Part shown: positions 23,466-33,932 of the stretch, one piece after another
How positions within the stretch are numbered: position 1 is the stretch's first letter
Layout: each line of letters begins with the position of its first letter
Assembly (NCBI GenBank): GCA_965242925.1
Contig: CBDEUM010000014.1
Location: forward strand, 384,001-448,000
DNA length: 64,000 bases
Direction: 5' to 3'
From: Roseibacillus sp.
GTDB lineage: Bacteria > Verrucomicrobiota > Verrucomicrobiia > Verrucomicrobiales > Akkermansiaceae
The notes under the pieces: generated by a model
What the model was told of the DNA's origin: nothing
Database searches by the model: none
What the model saw: the letters and a program-made list of their open reading frames with translations, nothing else
Translations under genes and position numbers: made by a program

Positions 23466-24537
23466 GACCCGACCCATATCCCGTCCCCGCAGGAATGCCA
23501 AAAGGTTTTTCCTGCTGCTGACAGTGCTTGCTCTCGGGAGCGGACTGCTGTGGGTCGTCCCCTGGTTCAAGAATCGCGTTGGGAGAGGGCAACGGAACAA
23601 CCCGCCCGAACTGACTGAGGTTGACTCCGGCGATCGCCCCCTCATGGGCACTACTGCACGCATCGTGGTCCATGTTGGGGACGTGGAAAAAGGACAGGCC
23701 GCCATCGAGGCCGCCTTCCAGCGGGCCGAGGAGATCAACGCCATCTGCAGTGACTATAACCCGGAGAGCGAGATCATGAGACTCTGCCGTGAGCCCATCA
23801 ACCGCCCCATTCCAGTCTCCGGGACCCTGGCTGCCGTCCTCGCCCACGCCCGGACCATCGCGGAGCTCACCGAGGGCTCCTTTGACCCCACCCTGGGGGG
23901 CTTCACCAAGCTCTGGCGCAGATCGAAGCGGAAGCAGGAACTTCCCGATCCCGTTCTCCTGAAGAGAGCGCGCCAGGCTGCGGGATGGGAAAAATTCGAG
24001 GTCGAGATTGAGAATCGCGTGGTCATCGTGAAGGACGAAAACCTCCTCTTTGATCTGGGCGGGATCGCCAAGGGATACGCCGCCGATGAAATGCTCAGCG
24101 TGATCACCGCCCGGGGGATTCCCTCCGCGATGGTGGCGGTGGCGGGCGATGTCCGACTGGGAGCCCCACCCCCCGGCCGGATCGGATGGGCGGTCGGCAT
24201 CAGGACCCTCGGGGCGGACATCGAGCAGATTATCCAAGTCTCCAATTGTGCTGTCTCCACCTCCGGAGATCTCGAGCGTTACGTGGAAATAGAGGGAACG
24301 CGCTACTCGCATATCATTGATCCCGGCACGGGCCTCGGCCTCACCCGCCGCATCGCCGCCACGGTGGTCGCACCCACCGCCGTGCAGAGTGACCCGCTGG
24401 CCACCTTCTGCTGCATCAGGCCCGAACTCGCCCGGAAAGTCTTCGCCGCCGGGGAAATCTCCTGCCGCATCGTCGGTCTGGGAGGCGGGCCCTACGATCA
24501 CAGGACCCAGCAGTTTCCCGCCTTCACCCTCCCCTAG
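23464..24537 (+). CDS. apbE: FAD:protein FMN transferase
   Basis: N-terminal TM anchor; MGTT, FDPT, DLGGIAKGYAAD, STSGD, YSHIIDP. Confidence 0.93.
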   Translation: MTRPISRPRRNAKRFFLLLTVLALGSGLLWVVPWFKNRVGRGQRNNPPELTEVDSGDRPLMGTTARIVVHVGDVEKGQAAIEAAFQRAEEINAICSDYNPESEIMRLCREPINRPIPVSGTLAAVLAHARTIAELTEGSFDPTLGGFTKLWRRSKRKQELPDPVLLKRARQAAGWEKFEVEIENRVVIVKDENLLFDLGGIAKGYAADEMLSVITARGIPSAMVAVAGDVRLGAPPPGRIGWAVGIRTLGADIEQIIQVSNCAVSTSGDLERYVEIEGTRYSHIIDPGTGLGLTRRIAATVVAPTAVQSDPLATFCCIRPELARKVFAAGEISCRIVGLGGGPYDHRTQQFPAFTLP

Positions 24538-24643
24538 TATTGCTGCCCCAACTGGTGGTAGTTCCTGCCGTGCCGCTGCCGACACCGGGCCGGACCCAGA
24601 AAATTCTCGCAAACTCCTCCCCACCACCTTTCATCTCCGCGCT

Positions 24644-25809
<1,166 letters not shown>

Positions 25810-25813
<4 letters not shown>

Positions 25814-26643
25814 AGAAAACCACATTCAACCAGATCGTTTTCAGCCTGGCCACCATCGCATGGGGGATCGTGCCGGTCTATTTCTACGCCTGGGGCCTCA
25901 TCGATAAATACCTCAACGAGTCCTTTCACCTGATCGCTCTCATCGGCGGACTGGCCATGATGGTCCTCGGCCTCTTCAACCTCATTCATGCCAGTCGCCA
26001 CCTGAGCTGTGGACACGATCACAGCCATGAGCACGGGAAGAAAGACGATCACGGACCGGCCCACGACCACCACGAGCAGAACCCCGTAGCCGCCCTTTGC
26101 CTCATGATTTTCCCGGTCATCCTCTGCACCGGCTTTACCAAGCACGAATATTCCAAGGAGGCCCTCCGCTGGAAAGGGCTCTATAAGCAGCGGACCCTGC
26201 GTTCGCTCTACTCCAACTACAATGCCGAGTTCACCCGAGAGCTTCTTGAGAAGCGAACCCCCAGGACCGGGGAGGGCAATTTCCTGCTTCAGTTCACCGA
26301 GCTCTACTGGTCGGCGGGCGATGAGAAGATCATGAAGATCTACGAGGGTTTGCCGGCCCAGCTTGAGGGACGACTCATCGAGGAGGACCCCGATCTCGAC
26401 CACGACGCCAACCGCAAGCGCCTCTACCGCGTGGTGATGACTTGCTGTGCCGCCGATGCCCAGGTGCTCGGGGTGCCCCTGCAATTTGGAGGTTCCCTTC
26501 CAACGCTGCCTGAGAAGAGCTGGGTGACGGCCAGGGGCAAGGTCGCTTTCGAGTTGATTGACGGGCAGTACTTCGCCTACCTCAAGGACTGTGAGGTGGA
26601 GGCCACTGAAGCTCCCGATCCCCGCGCACAGAGTCGCCGCTGA
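25810..26643 (+). CDS. YcgQ/DUF1980-like membrane protein
   Basis: N-terminal TMs, His-rich loop, MTCCAADA motif; overlaps the permease stop (GTGA). Confidence 0.85.
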
Positions 26644-26692
26644 CCACCTGCGGAGCGGGGGCCTTACAGGGCTGCCAGCTCATCTGATTCGC

Positions 26693-27682
26693 CTAGGGAG
26701 CATTCCCCGATTCCTCCCCGGACCCTGGCCCCTCCTCCGGAGCCTCCGACTCCCCAGCCGGCGGGGGCAGGGCAATCTGCCCCTTCACCGCCGCTTGGAA
26801 TTCTACAATCCAAGTCCCAATATCACGATGGGAGGGATAGGTTTCAAGGTGCTTCAGCATGCGCAGCGAGGCTCCCTTCTGGTCTCCCACCTGAAAGAGA
26901 TCCAATTCCTTCTGCCACTGAAGCTGCGGCCGGCGGACTTCGAGGAACTTCTCCATGGGGGCCGAGTGCTCTGGACGCCCCAGCCCCTTCCTCGGCTTGT
27001 TCCAGATCTCGATCATGGTCCCTTCGTGAAGAATGCGTCGTTCCCACGCCTGCTCAAGCTGACCCAGGGTCTTCACCTGGCGCAGGGAGGGCAGGACCAG
27101 TCCCTCGTAGACCGCATCCAGCTGCAACGGGGAGGTTGGCCAGTCGGTTATGTCAATGTTGTCGACCGAGTAGGCCTCGGCGAAAACGGTATCGAGCACG
27201 TTCTGGCGGAGCAGGTTCTGCGAGCCCTCAAGGTCCCTGGCATCCTTCAAGATAGTGTCGATATGATCGAGGGCCTTGGACCAGATCTGATCCCGTCCCT
27301 TTGGCTCCGAGGCGGTCTGGAGCGTAAGCAGCAGCCAGTTCAACTGGTGGCGCAGGGCGCGGCGGAAGGCCGGGGTGTCGGTCCGCTCCTTGTGGCGCCG
27401 CTTCCAGTCCCGGAAGTCACTGCCGCTCTTCTGCTTGTCCTCAAACTGCACCTTCTCTGTACAATTCAGGAAAAGAGCGTGCGCAGCAGCGTCACTTTGA
27501 ATGGCCGCCCGAAAGGCGGAGTGAGCAGTCGTATAACGGGCTCCGATGCGCTTCTGCGATCCCTCCCGCAGCTCCTTGATCTTGTCGAGCAGGAGTTGCA
27601 CATCGAGGGCACTCAGTTTCTCAGGTTCGCTCGATACGGGGAGCGTCAGCAGGGCCAGAAGGCAAAGGAACGTCGGCTTCAT
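26693..27682 (-). CDS. Secreted hypothetical helical protein
   Basis: Signal peptide, typical codon usage, upstream TTGGCA-16-TAATGT. Confidence 0.75.
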   Translation of the reverse strand: MKPTFLCLLALLTLPVSSEPEKLSALDVQLLLDKIKELREGSQKRIGARYTTAHSAFRAAIQSDAAAHALFLNCTEKVQFEDKQKSGSDFRDWKRRHKERTDTPAFRRALRHQLNWLLLTLQTASEPKGRDQIWSKALDHIDTILKDARDLEGSQNLLRQNVLDTVFAEAYSVDNIDITDWPTSPLQLDAVYEGLVLPSLRQVKTLGQLEQAWERRILHEGTMIEIWNKPRKGLGRPEHSAPMEKFLEVRRPQLQWQKELDLFQVGDQKGASLRMLKHLETYPSHRDIGTWIVEFQAAVKGQIALPPPAGESEAPEEGPGSGEESGNAP

Positions 27683-27961
27683 CGTGAGGTAAACATTAGA
27701 GAACTCCCATTCTTTGCCAATTACTGCGGCGGATCAAAGGGATTTTTCAGTCCTTCGTTCACAACAGAAACTCACCGCCACTGGAAAAGTTGCAGGAAAA
27801 GAGGGATTACTCCCTCCGGCAGGGCTTACGATCCTCCGTCCTCAACTCTTGAAAGGAGGAAGCTCATGGTCTCGGTTGTCGGTTCCCCTACGAGGCGTGG
27901 CAGATTGCGGCATCCCCGCAGCTGCCGGAGAATCTCATCCCTCGGTGGAATGCGGGTAGCG

Positions 27962-28864
27962 TCAGAGCAGAGATTTCGCGGGCTTCCGGGTGCTCTGAAA
28001 TGAGTCCATGCGCTTTCCTCCAAGTCTCTCCAGGTGGCGCAGCACCCCTTCCACGCTCTCCTTGAGAGTGGACGTTCCCGCGGTGACCCCCACTACTCTG
28101 GCTCCGGAAAGCCATTGTTCCTGGATCTCTGTGGACCGGGTCACCCCTTCGGCCCGGCAACCCCGCCGGCGGGCCTTCTCAACGAGTTGTAAGGAATTGT
28201 TGGAATTGTGCCCGCCTACTACCAGGACAACCTCAGCCACGTCACAGAGTTGCTCGAGGGCCTTCTGGCGCTCCTTGGTGGGTTGGCAGACGGTGTCCTT
28301 GAATACCACCTCGGCAGCGGGATGACGCTGCCGGATCTTCTCGATCAGATCCTCCACCCGTTCGATCGGCTGCGTGGTCTGGGCCACTACCCCGAAGCGT
28401 TCGGAAAAAGGCAGGGCTTCTACTTCCGGATCGCTCAAAACCACGTGAGCTCCTGGGAAATCCCCCGTCAACCCCTCTACTTCCACGTGACCCTTCTTCC
28501 CTATCACGATCGGCGTATATCCCTCCAAAACCAGACGTGAAAGGGCCACATGCGCCTTGCGGACCAACGGACAGGTCGTGTCGGTCACTCGGTAGCCCGC
28601 ATCCTTCCAGCGCTTGCGATCCCGGTCCGCTGCTCCGTGGGCGGTCACGATGACATCCGTGGTGGCGGCCCCAGCCGCCTCAAGTTTTCCCTCCCGAGCC
28701 CCTAATGCGTTTAACCGCTGCCGTACCACTTCGTTATGCACCAGCTCCCCCAGGATCGTAGCCGGGCGCCGGGAGGACACCTTCTCAGTCGCCGCCAGGG
28801 CATCACGTACGCCAAAGCACATGCCGTAGTGCTGCGCCACCAAGATTCGAAATTGTGGTTTCAT
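27962..28864 (-). CDS. ispH: 4-hydroxy-3-methylbut-2-enyl diphosphate reductase
   Basis: GMCFGV, LVHN, AHG, DTTCPLV, QTT, TVC, SNNS, TAGTST. Confidence 0.95.
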   Translation of the reverse strand: MKPQFRILVAQHYGMCFGVRDALAATEKVSSRRPATILGELVHNEVVRQRLNALGAREGKLEAAGAATTDVIVTAHGAADRDRKRWKDAGYRVTDTTCPLVRKAHVALSRLVLEGYTPIVIGKKGHVEVEGLTGDFPGAHVVLSDPEVEALPFSERFGVVAQTTQPIERVEDLIEKIRQRHPAAEVVFKDTVCQPTKERQKALEQLCDVAEVVLVVGGHNSNNSLQLVEKARRRGCRAEGVTRSTEIQEQWLSGARVVGVTAGTSTLKESVEGVLRHLERLGGKRMDSFQSTRKPAKSLL

Positions 28865-28885
28865 CCTTAAGCCGAAGTCACTCCT

Positions 28886-29440
28886 TTAAGGTTTTTTGTC
28901 TTGGTGCCGCTGTAAATCGGCGTGGTGGACATGGCCTTTCCCCGGGTGAACATGGCCAGTTTCTGGGCGTTCTTTTTCGAGTGCGTCAGGCTCTTCCTTT
29001 TTCTCTTTCGGGAACGAAATGGTCCCATCGTAGTGAATGACAACAAATTTCATTTCCATTGCCTTCAGCAACTTTTTCCTTTCTTCGATGGATTTTGCAG
29101 TTCTCAAGCCAGTTGGGAATTTAGTGACCATGACTCCCCAATCATCCGCAGCCCCTCCGCCTTTGACCATGGCAGCTAGAAAAAATTCGTCGTTTTGCTT
29201 CCACCCAAACCTCTTTTCGACCGCATCAAATGCTTTCTTCGGAATCCCCACTTGCCGGGCGATGGCGGAATAGAACTGGTCAGGATCCGGATACTCCTCG
29301 AGAGGCTTAACTCCTTCGATCCTGGTCTTATAAAGCTTCTCAAAGAACTCGACTTTCCTACGGTCCAGGGCCGCTTCGTCAGCGTAAGAAAACTGGGCCA
29401 GCAAAAGGCTCGTCCATATTGAGATAATACGTTTCTTCAT
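28886..29440 (-). CDS. Secreted hypothetical protein with His-rich tail
   Basis: Signal peptide; visibly more AT-rich than the flanks. Confidence 0.7.
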   Translation of the reverse strand: MKKRIISIWTSLLLAQFSYADEAALDRRKVEFFEKLYKTRIEGVKPLEEYPDPDQFYSAIARQVGIPKKAFDAVEKRFGWKQNDEFFLAAMVKGGGAADDWGVMVTKFPTGLRTAKSIEERKKLLKAMEMKFVVIHYDGTISFPKEKKEEPDALEKERPETGHVHPGKGHVHHADLQRHQDKKP

Positions 29441-29442
29441 TT

Positions 29443-29880
29443 TCAGGGGTCCCCTTTTTTGACTTTGTAATGAATCCTGATGCCGTACCGGGATTCCACC
29501 TTGACTGCGTTGTTCTCTCTGTATTCGGGTGAATCATTCTCTTTGCAGGAGACCTCGAGGTTGTTGTCGTCGATCCAGCGCACCTCAATGTCCGTGAAGG
29601 CCTTCCAATCCTTGTGCTTGCCCATCAGGCCATCCAGTTGATCCAATTCCTCACCCGCTTTGCGCAGGTTGGCATTGAAATAGAAGTACCCTGCGGCCCC
29701 TCCTCCGGAGCAGGAGAAACTCGTGGCGACGTATTTTCCGTTGGGTGATTTCTTTTCACTGAGAATCTCCACCTCGTCATTCTCCCGGTCTCCGCCAACA
29801 TCTATACAACCAATCAGGAGCACGGGCAGGCAAAGCACCAACCCCAACAGGCACATCCTCTTTCTATGATACATTTTCAT
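29443..29880 (-). CDS. Hypothetical lipoprotein (DUF5412-like)
   Basis: LLIGC lipobox; SPNGKY...GGGAA...V.W.D...LEV pattern. Confidence 0.65.
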   Translation of the reverse strand: MKMYHRKRMCLLGLVLCLPVLLIGCIDVGGDRENDEVEILSEKKSPNGKYVATSFSCSGGGAAGYFYFNANLRKAGEELDQLDGLMGKHKDWKAFTDIEVRWIDDNNLEVSCKENDSPEYRENNAVKVESRYGIRIHYKVKKGDP

Positions 29881-29957
29881 CGGATCTTGAAATTGCCCGG
29901 AGCAAACAAGGCCCGGTCCGAGAACGCGGCGTCCAGTTGATCAGGGGCAATCACTCG

Positions 29958-30173
29958 CTAATTCTCAGGATGCGCTCTATCCTCGTGATCAATCCTGCGG
30001 CATGGCGCCCCATTCCGACAGGTTATGGCAAGGGCGATGAGCCCTGCTCCCTCCACTGTGACGAGGGGCCATAAAGCCTTGTTGAGCACCTCAGGTCCAA
30101 AGTCCTCGAGGGTTATGGCAGCCAGGCAGGCAAAGGCTCCCAAGGTTACAGCGGCAATAACGATTCGGTCCAT
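29958..30173 (-). CDS. Small two-TM hypothetical protein
   Basis: MDRIVIAAVTLGAF...; two hydrophobic segments. Confidence 0.45.
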   Translation of the reverse strand: MDRIVIAAVTLGAFACLAAITLEDFGPEVLNKALWPLVTVEGAGLIALAITCRNGAPCRRIDHEDRAHPEN

Positions 30174-30300
30174 TTTGATTCTCTGTTTTACTTTGCGCCA
30201 CAAAGTGAGACCGCCGGCGGCGAAAATCGTTCGACAAATGTGAGAATAAACGACCTCAGCCCGAAGATGCCGTGAAAGCCCCGCCCCTGCCCTGCGAAAA

Positions 30301-30600
30301 CTACTTCCCCAGGTCAACGATCTCCTCCAGGACCGAGAGGTAGGATTCAAAGGTCTTCCGTCCAGCGCTGGTCAGTTGATAGTGGGTCTGGGGACGTCCC
30401 CGCCCTCCCACTTTCCTGGAATCCACGTATCCGGCCTTCTCGAGGGTTCGGAGATGAGTGCTGAGATTCCCGTCACTCATCTGCAGTCCGGCCTTGAGGT
30501 CCTGGAAGGTCCAGGACTCTCCCCTCGAGGCCAGCAGGGTGACAATCCCGAGCCGGCCCTTCTCGTGGATGACCCGGTCGAGCTTGGAAAAATCAATCAT
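30301..30600 (-). CDS. Winged-helix transcriptional regulator (HTH_34/ArsR-MarR-like)
   Basis: LDRVIHEKGRLGI...SDGNLSTHLRTLEKAGYV...LTSAGR. Confidence 0.9.
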   Translation of the reverse strand: MIDFSKLDRVIHEKGRLGIVTLLASRGESWTFQDLKAGLQMSDGNLSTHLRTLEKAGYVDSRKVGGRGRPQTHYQLTSAGRKTFESYLSVLEEIVDLGK

Positions 30601-30631
30601 GGCATTGCCAATTCGCCCCTGAGCGACCCTC

Positions 30632-31342
30632 TCAGGATTCCCCGCCTCCCGACTCTCCGTCTTCCTCCTTGCTGGCCTTCATCACAATCACCCCGTAAAC
30701 GAGGTGGAAGAATCCGAAGCAGAATCCCATGATCAGGCTGGCTTCCAGTATCAAACTCTCCATTCGATCCGGGGTTCCCAGGCCAGGCAGTCGATTTGCG
30801 CCATCACTCCACGAATAGAGGAAGGCGGCGAGGCCCGCGATAAGAAAGGCCAGCCCCAGACGTGGAATGGAAGCCGGGGCCAGTCCCCGCGTGGCAAGCA
30901 GGGCCAACCCATAACAGGTCACCCAGATCGAAGCACCGGACGCGGAATCCCCGTCCGCCTTCAACGTCAGCGCGATTCCAAGGACTCCGCCGACCAGCAT
31001 GGGCGGGATAAACGCCCGCAGCGCCATCTTGAGGCCCGGCGAGAAGAACGGTCGCCCTTCCCGTTTGGACTTTCGGGAGACCAGCATGACATTGAAAAGC
31101 GTGGTCAGAACAAGGGCAACCAACCAGCAGATGACCCACGAGCCTTCCGAGATCCCCTTTTCTCCCACCGTTCCCTCCAGGATGGCCGCCTGCTCCCTGA
31201 GAAAGAGGAGGGCCGCCAAGAGAACCGCCAGCGAGCCTCCAAACAAGGCTGTAGGCCATGAGATTGTGCGGTAGACCGTTGTCCGCTCCATCAATGACCG
31301 AATCACCTTGAGATGATTCGCGGCCTGCTCCCGCTCCGTCAT
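30632..31342 (-). CDS. Integral membrane protein paired with the wHTH regulator
   Basis: IRSLMER N-terminal motif, about 6 TMs, FG.FH.VYG. Confidence 0.8.
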   Translation of the reverse strand: MTEREQAANHLKVIRSLMERTTVYRTISWPTALFGGSLAVLLAALLFLREQAAILEGTVGEKGISEGSWVICWLVALVLTTLFNVMLVSRKSKREGRPFFSPGLKMALRAFIPPMLVGGVLGIALTLKADGDSASGASIWVTCYGLALLATRGLAPASIPRLGLAFLIAGLAAFLYSWSDGANRLPGLGTPDRMESLILEASLIMGFCFGFFHLVYGVIVMKASKEEDGESGGGES

Positions 31343-31466
31343 GCCTTCAGTTTACAGGGTCTGGCAACTTGAATACAGACTGGAATCGGACCTCTTCAGC
31401 TCTTCCGCCCTCCCCCGGGACGATGCTGTCCGTCCCTCCCAAGGACTGTAAATTAAGGGAATATCC

Positions 31467-31495
31467 TTGCCAACTGTAACGCAATTGCCTAATTC
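31467..31495 (+). promoter_or_regulatory. Sigma-70-type promoter of rpsB-tsf
   Basis: TTGCCA-17-TAATTC followed by a GC-rich stretch. Confidence 0.6.
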
Positions 31496-31499
31496 CCCC

Positions 31500-31604
31500 G
31501 CCCCTTCCCCGCGCCGCCGAAAAACAACGGAGAGCCGAAGGAATCAATCCTGCGGCGGGCCCTCCACACAACAGAGCCTCTGTGAATCAACGGAGGACAT
31601 CAGA
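31500..31604 (+). promoter_or_regulatory. Structured rpsB 5' leader (candidate S2 autoregulatory RNA)
   Basis: CGCCGC/GCGGCG multi-branch domain; CCTCC pairs with the GGAGG SD. Confidence 0.55.
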
Positions 31605-32288
31605 ATGATCAACGAACTCGTTAAGGAAATGGTGGAGGCGGGCGTCCATTACGGACACCAGACCCGCAAGTGGAATCCCGGGATGCGCCCCTACCTCATG
31701 AAGGACAAGGGAGGCATCCACATCATCAACCTCGAAGAGACCGTCCGCTGTCTCGACAAGGCCTCCGGCTTCATCGCCGAACTGGACGGTAAGAACCGCA
31801 AGATCCTCTTTGTCGGCTGCAAACAGCAGGCCCAGGAAGCGGTGCGCGAAGCGGCCGAAGCCTCCGGGCAATACTACGTCAACCACCGCTGGCTCGGGGG
31901 CACTCTCACCAATCTGGCCACCATCCGGCAATCCGTGGAACGCCTCAAGTACCTTGAGGGCATCGAAAAGGCTCCCGAGTACAAGGCCATGTCGAAAAAG
32001 GAACTGGCCGCCCTCAACCGCGAAAAGAACAAGCTCCTGCGCAACCTCCAGGGTGTGCGCGAGATGGACAAGCCGCCCCAGGCCCTCGTCATCGTAGACA
32101 CCGCCAAGGAATCCATTGCGGTGGCAGAAGCCCGCCGGCTCAAGATCCCCATCATCGGAATCGTGGATACCAATGGCGATCCCAGCGTGATCGACTATCC
32201 CATCCCTGCCAACGACGACTCCATCCGTTCCGTCCGCATCGTCCTGCAGAACCTGGTCGACTCCATCGTGGTGGCCACCAAGGGCTAA
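31605..32288 (+). CDS. rpsB: 30S ribosomal protein S2
   Basis: [28 protein letters not shown]. Confidence 0.98.
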   Translation: MINELVKEMVEAGVHYGHQTRKWNPGMRPYLMKDKGGIHIINLEETVRCLDKASGFIAELDGKNRKILFVGCKQQAQEAVREAAEASGQYYVNHRWLGGTLTNLATIRQSVERLKYLEGIEKAPEYKAMSKKELAALNREKNKLLRNLQGVREMDKPPQALVIVDTAKESIAVAEARRLKIPIIGIVDTNGDPSVIDYPIPANDDSIRSVRIVLQNLVDSIVVATKG

Positions 32289-32376
32289 CCGGCTCCGCCC
32301 TGTCGGTTAACCGTGATCAGGTGCGCTGCCGGTGCACCCCAACGGCCGAGCACAAATTACCAATCCCATTTTCCCC

Positions 32377-33246
32377 ATGTCTATCACCGCATCCCAGGTA
32401 AAGGAACTCCGCGACCGCACCAACGCGGGCATGATGGAGTGCAAGAGGGCCCTTCAGGAAACCGATGGCGACATCGAAGGGGCTATCAAGAAACTCCGTG
32501 AAGCAGGAGCCATCAAGGCGGCCAAGAAGGCCGACCGCGCCGCCAAGGAAGGCGTGGTCATTTCCCATATTGATTCCGACTCCAAGCACGGCATCCTTGC
32601 CGAGGTGAACTGCGAAACCGACTTCGTGGCCAAGAACGAAAACTTCCAGGGCTTCGTGGGAGAGCTGGTCGAAACCGTCGCGGCCTCCGGCGCGACCGAT
32701 CTCGAAGCAGCCAACGCCGTCTCTCACGGCGAGGACACAATTGAGGGCTTCGTGAAGGCCAAGGTCATCGAGTTGGGCGAAAACCTGCAATTTCGGCGCC
32801 TGACCCGCTACGACATGGAGGGCTCGGGCCTGGTAGCCTCCTATATTCACCTTGGCGGCAAGGTCGGTGTGCTGGTGGAGGTGGGTTGTGAAAATGAAGG
32901 CACCTCCGCCAACGACGAATTCCACACCCTGGTCAAGGATCTCACCCTCCACATCGCGGCCCTTTCCCCCGCCGGGATCACCCGCGACGACATCCCCTCC
33001 GACCTCATCGAGTCCGAGAAGGACCTTTTCCGCAAGCAAATGGCAGACAGTGGCAAGCCGCCTGAAATTCTCGAGAAGATCATCGAGGGCAAGCTCGGCA
33101 AGTTCTACTCCGAGCGCTGTCTTCTGGAGCAGGCCTTCGTAAAGGATCCCGATATCACCGTGGGCAAGCTTCTCGAAGCGAAAGGTGGGGATATTGGCGA
33201 CACCCTCTCCGTCCGCCGCTTTGTGCGCTACGCCCTTGGTGAATAG
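32377..33246 (+). CDS. tsf: Elongation factor Ts
   Basis: VKELRDRTNAGMMECKRAL, EVNCETDFVAKN. Confidence 0.98.
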   Translation: MSITASQVKELRDRTNAGMMECKRALQETDGDIEGAIKKLREAGAIKAAKKADRAAKEGVVISHIDSDSKHGILAEVNCETDFVAKNENFQGFVGELVETVAASGATDLEAANAVSHGEDTIEGFVKAKVIELGENLQFRRLTRYDMEGSGLVASYIHLGGKVGVLVEVGCENEGTSANDEFHTLVKDLTLHIAALSPAGITRDDIPSDLIESEKDLFRKQMADSGKPPEILEKIIEGKLGKFYSERCLLEQAFVKDPDITVGKLLEAKGGDIGDTLSVRRFVRYALGE

Positions 33247-33276
33247 AAACCGGGGATCGCAACCAACGCCCCTGCA

Positions 33277-33302
33277 AGCCCCGCCCCCCCGCGGGGCTTT
33301 TT
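33277..33302 (+). terminator. Intrinsic terminator of rpsB-tsf
   Basis: AAGCCCCGC/GCGGGGCTT stem followed by a T-run. Confidence 0.75.
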
Positions 33303-33390
33303 CATTCCCCGCAACAAGCCCCCCGGTTGCCGCTGCATCCTCTCCTGATTATGCTGGCCTTCCCTTCCCGGCACCCGTAGAGGCTTGGAA

Positions 33391-33930
33391 ATGATTATTC
33401 CCTCCCTGCGCCAGCTGGTCCTGGTCCTGCTGACCCTCTCCCCGGGTGCTGTCCTCCAGGCCGGAAAGGTCCCCTTCGCCAGGGAACGCTTCTCGGTCGC
33501 TATCCCTGCCGACTGGGAAAAGGGCAAGGGACCCGATGACGGAGCCATCCTCTACCGTGATGCGCCAGGCGGGGAGGGGTCCTTCTCCATCTATCAGTTG
33601 CCGGTGGCCAAGGATCATCGAGCCAATCTGGAAGGCACCCTCGCAGAACGGGTCAAGGCCATCCGAAAGGCGGGGTTCAAGGTGAGTGCGGAAGTAAAAT
33701 CCCAGAAGCAGGACAATTTCGACGGCAAGCCCGCGGTTTTCGCCGTGGTCCCGATCGAGGCCAGTTACCGGGACCAGATCGTCAAGTTCACCTACTACCT
33801 CGTCCTCATCGACGCCAGGAACTCGGTCATCATCATGCAGGCGGCCCTGCCCCGACCCCTCACCCCGAAGCTGCAGCAGGAAGCCCTTGGGATCATCCAG
33901 TCCTTCCGCGAAAAGAAGCAGGTCCCCTGA
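33391..33930 (+). CDS. Secreted hypothetical protein (PsbP/DcrB-like fold possible)
   Basis: Signal peptide; FSVAIPADW motif. Confidence 0.65.
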   Translation: MIIPSLRQLVLVLLTLSPGAVLQAGKVPFARERFSVAIPADWEKGKGPDDGAILYRDAPGGEGSFSIYQLPVAKDHRANLEGTLAERVKAIRKAGFKVSAEVKSQKQDNFDGKPAVFAVVPIEASYRDQIVKFTYYLVLIDARNSVIIMQAALPRPLTPKLQQEALGIIQSFREKKQVP

Positions 33931-33932
33931 TG

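Noticed and set aside
27720..27960. Possible ncRNA or small ORF downstream of ispH
   Set aside because: No recognisable RNA motif or convincing coding signal.
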